Shown here piece by piece: positions 25,661 to 37,619 of a stretch of 64,000 bases of DNA. Source of the stretch: Carcharhinus amblyrhynchos (Eukaryota). Location of the stretch: assembly GCA_965287045.1 (NCBI GenBank), contig OZ336881.1:36890001-36954000 (forward strand), read 5' to 3'. Made by a program: the position numbers and the translations under genes. The notes beneath the pieces were generated by a model, which had not been told where the DNA came from, ran no database searches, and worked only from the letters and a program-made list of their open reading frames with translations. Position 1 is the stretch's first letter; each line of letters begins with the position of its first letter.

Positions 25661-26079
25661 CCTGGATATGTGGGTCTGAGTCAAATGATAGATTTGTGAA
25701 TGATGAAAGCATTATGACCATTTCCTGGTTCTGATGCAGTGTAAGGCGGTTGGCGTTGCACGCTGGCTTGGCACTAATAGAATGAAAACCTTTTCTAATC
25801 ATAAAATTGAGGGGGAATGTCATATAATAATTTCAGCAGCACAGGTATTTGGTCAGTTGTTTTTTGCACACTGGAAACATTGCACCTCCCTCCATTTGTG
25901 ATTGAATAATTTGTGAATTAATCTTCCAGGGCCAAAGGAAATGGTGATGGGGCAAAAAAAGAAATAAAATACATGCTTACAGAAGGTGTACTACTACCTG
26001 AAATTGGAAATAAGTTTGGGGTGACGATGGGATGGGGGGCGGCAGTGAAGGGAGAAACATGTAAAGAGAGGGAAAGAAA

Positions 26080-26975
26080 ATAGGCAGACAGTGTATTGTC
26101 TGAAATTGCTAAACTCTTTGTTGATTTGAGAAGGTTGCAAAATGCTTAACTGGAAGAGGATGTGCTGCTCCTCAAGCTTGTGTTGAGTTTCACTGGAACC
26201 GTGCAGCAGGCCAAGTGCATGAGTGCAAGATAGTGAATTCAAATGATAGGCCACTGAAAGTTGGGGGTCATGATTGTGGATTGAACAAAGCTATTACAAA
26301 AGTGACCACCTGATTTGCATTTGGCCTCCCCAATATAGAGGAAAGCACATTGAAGCAGCAAATACAGTATACGAAATTGAAAGAAATACAGTGTTGCCTC
26401 ACCTGGAAAGGGTATTTGGGCCTTGGCAGTGAGGAGAGAAGAAGTAAAAGGGCAGGTGTGACATCTTCTGCATTTGCAAGGAAGGGTACAGTGCGAAGGG
26501 GATGGGGTGTTGGGGTTGATTGAGGAGTAGACCAGGGAACCATGGAGGGAATGGTCCATTATGAATGCTGAAAAGTGGGGAAGGGAAGATGTGCTTGGTG
26601 GTGGCATCACACCGGAGCTGGTGGAAATGGTGGAGGATGATCATTGAATATGGAGGTTGGTCATGTGGAAAGTGAGGACAAAGGGAACCTTATCATGTTT
26701 CTGTGAGGGAGGTGAAAGGATGGGAGCAGAAGTGCAGGAAAGATGACTGACACTGATGAAAGCCCTGTTCGCCATGATGGGTGATGTAGAGGTGAGATTT
26801 TCAGTTGAGAAAAAAGGAAGATAATCTCTAGAACTTTGGTGTGGAAGATTGTATCATCAGGACAGATGCGATGGAGAATGGAATGGAATCCTTACAGGAT
26901 GTAGGGTGTGAGGAGGTCTAATTAAGATGCTATGGGAGTCAATGGACCTATAATGAATATGAATTGATAGCCTGA
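26080..26975 (-). mobile_element. Penelope-like element (third family), thumb and GIY-YIG fragment
   Basis: PCKCRRCHTCPF, LYIGEAK, HLNSLSCTHALGLLHGSSETQHKLEEQHILFQLSILQPSQINKEFSNF. Confidence 0.8.
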
Positions 26976-27065
26976 GATGATTGAATGCTATCTCAATGGG
27001 TGTTTAACCCCTTTATGAAGATGGAGTCCTATGAAAGCTAATGGCACCTTCCTGGGAAGTGCTTG

Positions 27066-27378
27066 TAGAATCATAGAATAAAATCCCTACCAAAGGAGGC
27101 CATTTGGCTCATTAAACCTGCACTGAAATCAATCCCCCCACGCTGTATCCCCGTAACCCCAAAATTTACCTTGCTAATGCTCTGACACTAAGGGGCAATT
27201 TAGTGTGACCAGTTACCTAACATGGACATCTTTGGACTGTGGGAGGAAACCAGAACACCTGAAGGAAACCCATGCAGGCCTGGGGAGGATGTGTAAATTC
27301 CACATAATCACCCAAAGCCGTAATTGAAGCCGGGTCCCTGTGCTATGATGCAGCAGTGCTAACCACTGTGCCACCATG
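27066..27378 (-). mobile_element. HE1-like SINE
   Basis: Reverse complement of the 37137-37475 family: head GGTGGCACAGTGGTTAGCACTGCTG and tail CTATGATTCTA. Confidence 0.9.
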
Positions 27379-29139
27379 TTACACACACACCCCACACACC
27401 ACATCACTTGCACCCCACACCACACACACCACGCACCCCGCACATGCACGCCCCACACACGTTCCTGCAACTGACAGAAACAATCAGCATGAACTAGCTT
27501 CTAAAAATTCAATCCTCATGTTCCATCTGGTGCTGAGGCCTTAAATGCAAATGCCAGCTCGCATATTTCGCCACTAGCACATATACATTGCTTCATGACC
27601 TCATGAGAGCAACTTTGTTGAAACTACACCCCACATTTACCCTTGTGTAGCGCAGAAGTTTGGTGTCCCTTTCCCAACATTTGATTCCATTTTGCTTGTG
27701 GGCCCAAGGTTGCTCACCTCCACTATGACCTCCGTCCAGACCCTCCTCTCGTGTTTGAGTGGATGAAAATGAACGAATCCCGTTACGTTCATTGTATCTC
27801 AAGTTTGTTGTGGGTGATTAGTAGAAATAGAATCACACCAAAACTGAAAGCTTGGGAAAGATGCCAGTGTTTATGAAGGGGGAAATCAAAATCAAAACAC
27901 CTTTCTGTTTAGGGAGGGGCGGCGAGGAGAGAAATCAGGGCTGCTCAGATTAGTCCCCTTGTGTCTGTAACACCAGCAAATATAGTTGTGTTCTGCCAAA
28001 CCACTACTTGTGGTTTCTGGTTTTGGGCAGGATGAGTAATCAGCTTGCACGGAGGGGCCAGAACCTTTGACCATTGTGGAAAGTGTGCTGCTAGAAAGTA
28101 AAAACCATGACTTTAAGTAACTGTAACTGTACTGTTCCTGCTGCAACTACTGTACTGCATCTGTAGAACTCATCTCGCAGTGCAATTAGGTCAGGTTCAC
28201 TGACATCGAGAGTCACAACATATTGTGTTTCTGTCATAAAGGGACATATACCACTAGTCTTAATATCTGGCTCTTTATAATATCATCGAATAGAGTTTTC
28301 ATGTAGAGTTGGCTGTGTAGTTCACTCAAATATTGTGTGTTGCTTTTTAGGCTGAATTCATGACATAATTATATTTATTGATGTGTTTTATATATTTTTA
28401 TCTATCGTTGAGAGGTGAGTGAATCTTCAGCCTCTCCAGTCAAACTGGCCTTTTGATAGATTCAGAAGTATCTGTAATCTGACTTGGCTACCTCCACAGA
28501 TTGAGGAAGACTTTCCTTATTTTCCTTTGCCTGAAGGCATGCATCTCCTGTGGTACCATCTACCATTTCTGTGTGCTATTTTCAGTTCTTGTTCAGTTAA
28601 TGAAAATGACTTTGCAGCTCTATCCCTGTCCTCAATACCTAATATCTTGTGCTTGCGTCCAGGGCCCCCACAGGCTCAGTCCCACCAATACAGTTTTCAC
28701 CTTGCTTCTGTACAATCTCCCAGCTCTCTGATCTGTATTCGGCTCATGGTAATTCCTCTTTGCCTGCTCGTTTGGGTGCTGCATGCTAACTGGTATCACT
28801 GAAACCCACTGATAAGAAACTAACAACTTTTACTCTTTTCTCCTTAACTATTAGTTTAACCTACAAGCTTTGAAGCATTTCTCTCTGGCTTAAGGTTAAC
28901 TAATCCTCTGATTGTAATGCAAGTTTTGTTGAATGTCTGCAGGTCTCTACTTTAGAGTACTTCACACTGTCGTCCTGGCTCCTATTTGTTTAGCTCACTA
29001 CTAGGAAGCAAACTGTCTTTGAAACAAAAACAATAATTGCTGGAAACTTGGCATTGTCTGTCAGTATTTGTTGATAGAAGAGACTAGCTTAAGTTTCTTC
29101 TCTTTCTTCAGGATAACACCTCCGTTCAGTCTGAAAGCA

Positions 29140-30172
29140 TGACCCTGAGCTTCTGGTGTCCTGTCACTTTAATTCTCCATCTTGCTCTCATACTTCATTT
29201 TCTGTTCTTAGCCTTCTACACTGATGTGGAGATGCTGGCATTGGACCGGGGTGAGCACAGTAAGAAGCCTCACAACACCAGGTTAAAGTCCAACAGGTTT
29301 ATTTGGAGCTTTCAGAGCCTCGCTCCTTCATCAGGTGAGTGAGGACTTGTGTTCACAAACAGGGCTTATACAGACAGAAACTCAGTTTACATGATAATGG
29401 TTGGAATGAGAGTCTTTACACGTAATCAAGTCTTACTGGTACAGACAATGTGAGTGAAGAGAGCGTTAAGCACAGGTTAAAGAGATGTGTATTGTCTCCA
29501 GCCAGGACAGTTAGTGAGATTTTGCAAGCCGGACAAGTCGTGAGTTAGTGTGCCATGAACCCAAGATCCTGGTTGAGGCCATGCAGATACTATGATAATG
29601 AATGAATGAACTACCACTTGACAATCACCACCAGGAATGTTCCCTTCCAGTCGGGAAACACTTCAGCAGTCACGGGCATTCAGCCTCTGATGTTCAGGTA
29701 AGTGTTCTCCAAGGTGGCCTTCACAACACATGACAATGTAGAATGGCTGAGCAGAAATTGATAGCCAAGTTCCACACACATGAGGATGGCGTCAGCTGAG
29801 ATCTAGAGTTCATGTCACACTTTCTGTAACCCCACGACTTGCCTGGGTTTGCAAAATCTCATTAAATGTCCTGTCTGGAGACAATACACATCTCTTTAAC
29901 CTGTACTTAACTCTCTCCATTCACATTGTCTGCACCTTTAAGACTTGATTACCTGTAAAGACTCTCATTCCAACCATTATCTTGTAAATTGAGTTTGTGT
30001 CTGTATAAGCCCTGTTTGTGAACACAACTCCTCACTCACCTGATGAAGGAGCTTGAGACTCTGAAAGCTTGCGCTGCCAAATAAACCTGTTGGACTTTAA
30101 CCTGGTGTTGTGAGACTTCAGACTTCTGCACTATTCCAGTGAAGCTCGATGAAAGCTTGAGGAACAGCACCT
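29140..30172 (+). mobile_element. Old third-family Penelope fragment split by a younger insertion
   Basis: 29163-29222 and 30123-30172 join to read HFNSPSCSHTSFSVLSLLH|YSSEAR*KLEEQHL, matching the 26.1-26.2 kb peptide. Confidence 0.65.
29223..30119. mobile_element. Inverted (head-to-head) Penelope insertion: minus arm 29223-~29582, plus arm ~29579-30119
   Basis: About 330 bp of pLTR is present in both orientations. Both arms carry hammerhead cores (minus 29328-29334; plus CTGATGA 30040-30046, GAAA 30063-30066). Flanked by CTTCTACACT / CTTCTGCACT. Confidence 0.9.
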
Positions 30173-30926
30173 TGGATGAAATTTTATTTAGCCTGAAACA
30201 GCAGGATGACTGAATTAGGTGCAAAAATTTGATTTCCTGACATTAGGTTGAGATGCAGAGATGAAGTCAGCAGTGTGGTTGTGGCATGTTGGACCTCACA
30301 CCAGCCTGTGATGTGTTTCCACTTGTAATGTATGCTGTGAATATTAAGTAACATAAAACATTTTTATTTATTTCCTACCTTCAAGATAAAGTCAATGGTG
30401 CAGAAGAATCTAGTGGTACCTGGTTCACATTTGTTTAAGGGTGTCATGCGCAAGTCAGCTTTACGCAGTTGTGTCTAAGGTGAGTGGTTTTCCTTGTTGA
30501 ATTCTGTGACGCAAGGGACGGGACCAGGAGGAGGGCAGCTTGATAGAGGTTTGGGACTGGCAAGGGTGAGTCAATGTTAAAGGGGGTGTGGCGTTTGGCT
30601 GGAGGGAAAGGAGTGGATTAGGGCTCCAAGAAAGAACAGAGGTTGGACTGGGGCATGAAGCAGTGGAAGAATGAAGTAACTGATGTCCTAATTGTGGTTG
30701 AGAGGAGGCGAGGGGACATTCAGTCAAGATAAGAGAATGAGTGGCCTAAAGGGTGGTGTCACTACTGTTCAAATGTGTGTCCACCTCAGGATGTTGGCTG
30801 GCAGAATCCTTATAGGGCTTGGAGTCCATCTACAACATTACAATTATCCCTGCTGAGAGTTAGCAGGCCTAGCAGGGGTGAGCTAAAACTTAAATTGCAG
30901 GAAATTAAGTCCGAGAAATTTTTAAA

Positions 30927-33541
30927 TGGTTCAGTGGTCAGAAATTGTCGTTTAAGACCAGATTCCCAAGTTGACAAAAAAACACATGACATCTGATCTT
31001 GTTCCTAAAAGAAAAAGAATAATTACTTCAAACAAAACACAACTAAAGAATCAGCTTTGAAGGCCAGCAAAAACTAGAATTCAAAGCTTTCACCAGCTTA
31101 AAAATATAGCACTAAACCAGAGAAATGTGCAGCTAACCGATCCAGGAGCCAGTTTAACATTTTTCAAAGCTGAGCACCATTGCAGCAGGAACCCACCAGG
31201 ATCAGCAAGCATGGGTACATACTTTGACTTCAAATGGCAACATCTGGAATTACAGCAACTTCATAAACCAAACACACAATTTAATTTTTTAGACCTTGGA
31301 TCAGAAATCCACTCTTCCAGATCAATTTGGACTTATCCAGGACCTAGATCAATTACATAATTGGGGCCTTTGAAGAAAAAGATTCCTTAGATACAGGATT
31401 GCTTCGGATCTGGATTAAAAGACAGAAACTGAACACGATAATACAATGCTCTATTCAACAGGCCCGATGGCAACATTATTGCTAGATAAGGAATTGGCGA
31501 ATCATCTGCTGAATTTGAAGAAGTACTAAAATCATTCAATGCTTATTTTAAGAAAATCCTTGAAATGGCTCAATTTAACAAGTATGTCCAGCAACCAAAA
31601 TAACCTGTCAACTCACTCATTAATGATCTGTACACGTTGGCTGTAGGCTAAAATCTGAACATATCAGGGATAGAATCATTATAGGAGCTTTGGACAATAC
31701 ATTCTCAGACATGCTGCAAGTGAAGGACGATCAAAACCTTGAGAAAATGATATATATTGTTAAGCAGTCTGAACTCTGTGTGCGGCACAAGCTCATTTTA
31801 AGAGGAGAAATTAAACTGGTACAAAGGAAGACCCACAGTCCAGTTGGTAAAACAGCAAAGAAACAAGGACATTCCACATCAAGGGAAGCATTACCTGAAC
31901 TGACCAATACAGCGATTATGCCAGTGTCATGGAGAAAAGTGCCTCAATTTTGAAATTTCAGCCCAATACTTTCAATGGAACAGAATTAGATGCTTTAGAA
32001 AACTATGCAAAGCCAAAACATCTAAGTACACAGAAGATTCATGAGATTGAGACTGTATACTAAGACGATACACTATAATAGCTCTTGGGTGAGGAAAAGA
32101 TTCTGGAATCATATTAGAGCACGGACATTTGGTTAGTAGACATCTCACAAACTTTAAATTGGATGTGGGAATCAGTGTCACAGTCCTATCTGACAAAGAA
32201 CCATGGCTGAAAGACCCCTAGCTTCGAACAACAGACATTCCACTATATGGGCCCAGAGCAATCCAACTTCCAGTCATAGGTATAATTCTAGAACCACTAA
32301 AATAAGGCAGCAAACAAATTTTCAAGCTGATGTATGTCATCTGTAACTGGTCTTTTGATCTCTTGAGCTGAGATGCCTGTGTAGCCCAGAATCTCCTCAA
32401 AACAGCAGAAGATATCATGACAACCACTGTTGTAAATTATACAGAACTGCAAGTTCTCAAGAACTCAAACAGGAAAGAGTCTCCTGACTGGGACTTTGCC
32501 TCTGAACTCCCTTCTCTCTTTGCAGGGCAAAGGTCATTACAGATGCTGGAAATCTCTTGGTCAAACCAGCCATCCATTCAGGTGATTACCACGATGCCTC
32601 CATATGAAGAAAGACAAGAGAGCAACCAACAACCAGAACAGCCTTAGTCTCTGGCTTCTGATGAGTGTTGATGAGGCCAACACTGCGACCATAATCAAAT
32701 GCTGCAACTCCCAGCCAGCATGCTAATGCTACAATAGATGCTAGAACCAAATAGCAGATGTTCAGTACCAACAGCACACAGGCAAACTCATGGGTAGCTT
32801 ACCAAAGTAACAAATCTTTATAACAGGAGAGGCTATCTTCTGTCACAGAGTATATATATCACAATGACCCACATGCTGAAAGAAGAAGAAAAAAATGACA
32901 TGGAGATGACTATAACATTCATTTACCCGCAAGTAACAAGATGGCACAACAACCATCTATCACCACAACTGCCGAATTGACAAAAAGCAGTTCAATACCA
33001 AGGAATGGAAAAAGATGATGAAAAAATACTCAAATGCCAGGACAAGCTCCAAATCAACTCAATTTTCCTGCGGCAACTGAACCTGTCACTCCTCTGATAG
33101 TGGTGTGAATGAGATAGGGAAGTGTTTTAAAGCCTTTAGACAGCCTGAATCTATAAACTTAGACATGAAGAAAGGAGATAGGGTATTAATAACAATGTAA
33201 AATCGAGGGGTAAAGTAGAATAACTTGAAATACATTAGATGAAGATTTGGAGGAGGTATAGTATAAGGGGGACATGTGGCCTAAGTGCCTGGAACATAAA
33301 GGGTTAACAGGGAGTAGAGTGCCACCCACACAATGATGTAAGAGAACACATGACCTACACCTGAGGGCCAATCTAATGTTGGACAGAGGCATGTGCACAA
33401 ATAAACACGGAGAAAGCTCCTAGCTTGAATCCTTTACTCTATATATGAACATTTATCTTGTAGTTCATAAGTTAACCTACTTCATTCAGACAGTGAGAAC
33501 TTCAATAAGACCGACTGAACAGTATCCAACATCCTACAACA
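30927..33541 (+). mobile_element. Decayed Gypsy LTR retrotransposon (gag, protease, deleted pol, 3' LTR ~33257-33541)
   Basis: Gag-like AQFNKYVQQPK*PVNSLINDLYTLA and IRDRIIIGALDNTFSDMLQ; protease NFKLDVGISVTVL; purine tract TTGGAGGAGG before an LTR-like segment with AATAAA that ends TACAACA. Confidence 0.7.
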
Positions 33542-33607
33542 AAGCCCACATCCTGTGGAATTGTACACCACAGATAAAATTCTACCCCTCATCTTTCAAT
33601 TAGACAT

Positions 33608-33830
33608 AGGGTGGTATGTTGGCATAGTGGTTGCCTCGCAGTGCCACGGATCCAGGTTCAATTCTGGCCTTGGGTAACTGTCTGTGTGGAGTTTGCACGT
33701 TATCCCCGTGTCTGTATAGGTTTCCTCTGGATGCTCCAGTTTCTTCCTACAGTACAAAGATGTTCCGATTAGGTAGATTTGCCATGATAAATTGCCCCTT
33801 AGCCCAGTTTAGCTGGATTAACCAACTCAA
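33608..33830 (+). mobile_element. HE1-like SINE (head and body)
   Basis: GGCATAGTGGTTGCC...GGTTCAATTC...TGTGGAGTTTGCAC...AAATTGCCCCTTAG. Confidence 0.85.
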
Positions 33831-33929
33831 CATTTAGTTCAGCAATTTCAGACCATAAACGTTATGCCACTATTTTCTTTCCCTTTGCATGATTCAGTTT
33901 TTCTTATTTTTGCTTTCAAAGAGTAGCAC

Positions 33930-34617
33930 ACCTTCCGGAAGAAAAGTGGGGGACATGTCTCTGTCTACATCAATGGGAACGAAATAGAAATGGTCAAAAG
34001 CTTCAAGGTTTTGTGTCCAGATCACCAAAATCCTAACCTGGTTCCTCCATACCGAGGCTATAATTGAAAAAGCACACCAATGCTCTACTTTCTCAGAAGA
34101 CTAAGGAAATTTGGTATGTTCACTACGACTCTCACCAATTTTTACAGATGCACCATAGAAAGCATTCTTTCTGATTGTATCACAGCTTGGTATGGCTCCT
34201 GCTCTTTCTAAGACCGCAAGAAACTATAAAGAGTCATGAATGAAGCCCAGCCCATCACTCAGACCAACCTCCGCCATTAACATTGTCTACACTTCCCGCC
34301 TCAGAAAAGCAGCCAGCATAATCAGGGACCCCATACACCCCGGACATACTCTTTTCCACCTTCTTCCATCAGGAAAAAGATACAAATGTCTGAGAATGCA
34401 TACCAACCAACTCAATTACAGCTTTTTCCCTGCTGCCATCAGACTTTTGAATGGACCTACCTTGCATTAAGTTGATTTTTGTTGACACTCTACTGTGACT
34501 GTAACACTACATTCTGTACTCTCTCCTTCTCTATGAACAGTACGCTTTGTATAGCATGCAAGAAACAATACTTTTCACTATATATCAATATATGTGACAA
34601 TAATAAATCAAATCAAA
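33930..34617 (+). mobile_element. Rex1/Babar LINE 3' end
   Basis: LYFLRRLRKFG...FYRCTIESILSDCITAWYG...IIRDPIHPGHTLFHLLPSGKRY...SFFPAAIRLLN and an (AATCA)n tail. Confidence 0.92.
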
Positions 34618-34659
34618 AACCTGTCCTTGGCACTCTGTTTCTTTCTTGCCCCATCACCA

Positions 34660-35062
34660 TTTTGCCAATATGCAACTGTAGAGAAAAATTAAGAAAAAAA
34701 AGCACTCGATTATCACCAAAAATAGTAATGTATCTTTTAAAAAATAAACAAAATATTTTCAGGTGCTGGAAATCTCCCTCAGTGTACCCGAACAGGCACT
34801 GAAATGTGGCAACTAGGGGATTTTCACAGTAACTTCTTTACAGTGTTAATGTAAGCCTCCTTATGACAGTAATAAAATACAACTTAAAACTTTTATTTAA
34901 TATTAAAACACCAACTTGCCTGTTCTCTTACTTGTTTGTTTTTAGTTCAGATTTCCAGCACCTGAAATATCTTGTTTATTTTTTAAAAGATGCATTACTA
35001 TTTTTGGTGATAATTGAGTGTATTTTTTCTTAATTTTTCTCTACAGTTGCATATTGGCAAAA
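34660..35062. repeat. ~115-bp near-perfect inverted repeat (34660-34775 / 34949-35062) around a SINE/LINE tail
   Basis: TTTTGCCAATATGCAACTGTAGAGAAAAATTAAG...CAGGTGCTGGAAATCT versus AGATTTCCAGCACCTG...CTTAATTTTTCTCTACAGTTGCATATTGGCAAAA. Confidence 0.9.
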
Positions 35063-35299
35063 GAGCAATGATTGACCAACACTTAACTTTGGTTTTTTTT
35101 AGATATTCAAGGTAATGCAAATAGAAATTTACCTTAATTCTTTCATGACTTTTTTTTGTATTAGTCTGGCTAGAATTAAGGTTTAGAGTGTTACACTTTA
35201 TTCTATTTTAAACTTACAAATTCCCCTTTATCTTCCGTGATCAGTCTGGTCAACGCACGCTGCTAACACGTTCTCAGGTTTTCACCAATGTTGATCAGG

Positions 35300-35560
35300 G
35301 GCAGATGGTGTCGTAGTGGTAAAGTCGTGTGGTCATCAATCTGAGGGCCTAGACTAATGCTCTGAGGATATAGGTTCAAATCCCATAGTGGCAATCGGTG
35401 GAATTTAAATTAGTTACTAAATTTGGAATTGAAAACTAGTTTCAGTAATGGTAATCATGACAGCTACCAATAATTGTTGTTTCACACCCATCTGCTTCAC
35501 AAATGCCCCTACAGAGAAAGAAATCTGCCATCCTTACCCAGTCTGGCCTCCAGCCATTAA
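35300..35560 (+). mobile_element. tRNA-headed repeat (same family as 19300-19600)
   Basis: GGTGTCGTAGTGGTAA...AATGCTCTGAGGATATAGGTTCAAATCCCA...GGAATTTAAATT. Confidence 0.65.
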
Positions 35561-36129
35561 AATTCCGCTGAATGACAAGGGAAAAAATTCTCTGATGAAA
35601 CAAGTCATTCTAAAAATAAAAGGGATGACAGCAAAATGAGAAACAGCCTCATAATAATTGATATTGAGTACTGTGTGCATGCTTATAACCTTAAAAACTT
35701 TTAAAGGTTAAACCTATCAATTCACCAAGAAGTTAAGTGACAGCCTGTATACTTTTAAAACATGGATTCATATTGGAGTCATGGAGTACCTGATGTGAAA
35801 CTACTGACTGAAGCTGGTCACATCCATTACTTTAGTGTACTCAGGAGTTTAATTAGCAACCTGACTGCTGGACTGCATCTTCCCTTTCGTACTGATGTGG
35901 ATCTGAAACATTAACACAATTCATAAATTTACTGTATAAATGCAGACAAAAAACATCTCACTGGGTTACAAGAAAATCCAAAAGAACTGACAAAAGAGGA
36001 CACTAGTGGAACTTGTACTGAATAACTAAGGTAGTGCAGCACTTCCATGAACATCAGCAACGCTTTATCATGTCATGTGTGTTCTGTCTGAAGGCAGGTC
36101 CTTGGCTCATTGATGGTTCATCCCGTGCT

Positions 36130-36290
36130 GTTTTCTTGGCAGTTTTTGTCAGAGGTTTGCCCTTGCCTTCCATTCTCAGGGGCAGGGCAAAGAGGCAGTC
36201 ACAAGTCTGCCTCAGCTGGAACAGGAATCAAATCCACACTGTTGGCATTACTCTGAACCACACATTAACCACCTAACTGAGCCTAACGGT
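36130..36290 (-). mobile_element. SINE fragment with tRNA head and RTE-type tail
   Basis: Minus strand GGCTCAGTTAGG...GGATTTGATTCCTG head and GAAGGCAAGGGCAAACCTCTG tail. Confidence 0.45.
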
Positions 36291-37136
36291 TCTTACTCAC
36301 AACACAGTGGAGATATAATTTTTAATTCCCAAAAACATTAGCTCCTGTAGAAAAGCTAGCCTTAAAATACAGAAAACCAAACAAAATACCAACTGATAAG
36401 TAGATAGAGGAAAGGAATTGGTAACTTAATTATTCCAGTTCAAGAGAAGAGAAAAATGGATAAAGGCGAAAGTCTTTATGATTGTGGAACTGTAGTCCAT
36501 ATAAGAAAAATAATAAAAATGAATTGCTAGTGGCACCATCGTGCAAATCACTAACTATGTCTGAGACTTCCTACGTGCTGAGCGTTACAATTTAGTACCA
36601 TTCAGATACTTTTCATTGCTCAGACTTCCTATGAACTGAAACATGATCTTATGTGTGAAGTAATAGAGATGGGGGAGAGGGCTGTATTTGTTTGGGGAGT
36701 AACAGCAGACATCTCTCACTAATGGGCAAATAACACTGATTAATAATGTATCTCGGACTACAGCTTTGAATCAAATTTACTAAGAAATTACATTACACTG
36801 AAGCAAGAGCATACTGCATATTTCACTGGATTATAGAGCTTAATTCAGTTCACATCCTCTATTCCTAAGTAACAGAACATCTTAAAGTCCTATCCATTCT
36901 CCAGGTTTTACACTTCTGCTTTGGACAAATGCATGCAATGTGAAGCCAGTACATATATTAATACTGTTCTGTACGCCTCAGCTTACTAGTTTCCTGGCAA
37001 AATTTTATTTCAGGAAGTTGCTATATTTGCTTTAAAGAGCAAACTAAGATATGTGAAAATCAAAATGATATCTTGACAATTAAATAAATCTATCAAACAG
37101 AGAATTGATTTCAAATGTTCATACATTCCTCAGTAA

Positions 37137-37475
37137 GGGCAGCATGGTAGCACACTGGTTAGCACTGCTGCTTCACTGCTCCAAAGACCTGGGTTCGATT
37201 CCCAACTTGGGTCACTTCTATGTGGAGTTTGCACATTCTCCTCATGTCTGCGTGGATTTCCTCCAGGTGCTCTGGTTTCCTCCCACAGTCCAAAGATGTG
37301 TGGGGTAGGTTGATTGGTCATGCTAAAAATTGCCCCTTAGTGTCCTGAGATGCATAGAGGGATTAGCAGGTAAATATGTAGGGGTATGGGGGTAAGGCCT
37401 GGGTGGGATTGTGGTCGGTGCAGACTCAATGAACCAAATGGCCTCTTTCTGCACTGTAGGGTTTCTATGATTCTA
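37137..37475 (+). mobile_element. Full-length HE1-like shark SINE
   Basis: tRNA head (box B GGTTCGATTCC), TGTGGAGTTTGCACATTCTCC body and a CR1-derived tail AATGGCCTCTTTCTGCACTGTAGGGTTTCTATGATTCTA. Confidence 0.92.
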
Positions 37476-37619
37476 TAAATAAGACAGCAGCTAATCAATT
37501 CACAATTCCAGTATATATTCAAACTGAGGGTGCCTTGTTTACAGGACTGTTTTGGTTCCTTGATCCTACACTCAGTCAAATGCTGCCTTCAGATCAAGGC
37601 ACTCAATCTCATATCACCA

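Noticed and set aside
37137-37210. tRNA genes (also at 3778, 27310, 33610, 35305)
   Set aside because: These are tRNA-derived SINE heads with boxes A/B but no complete cloverleaf.
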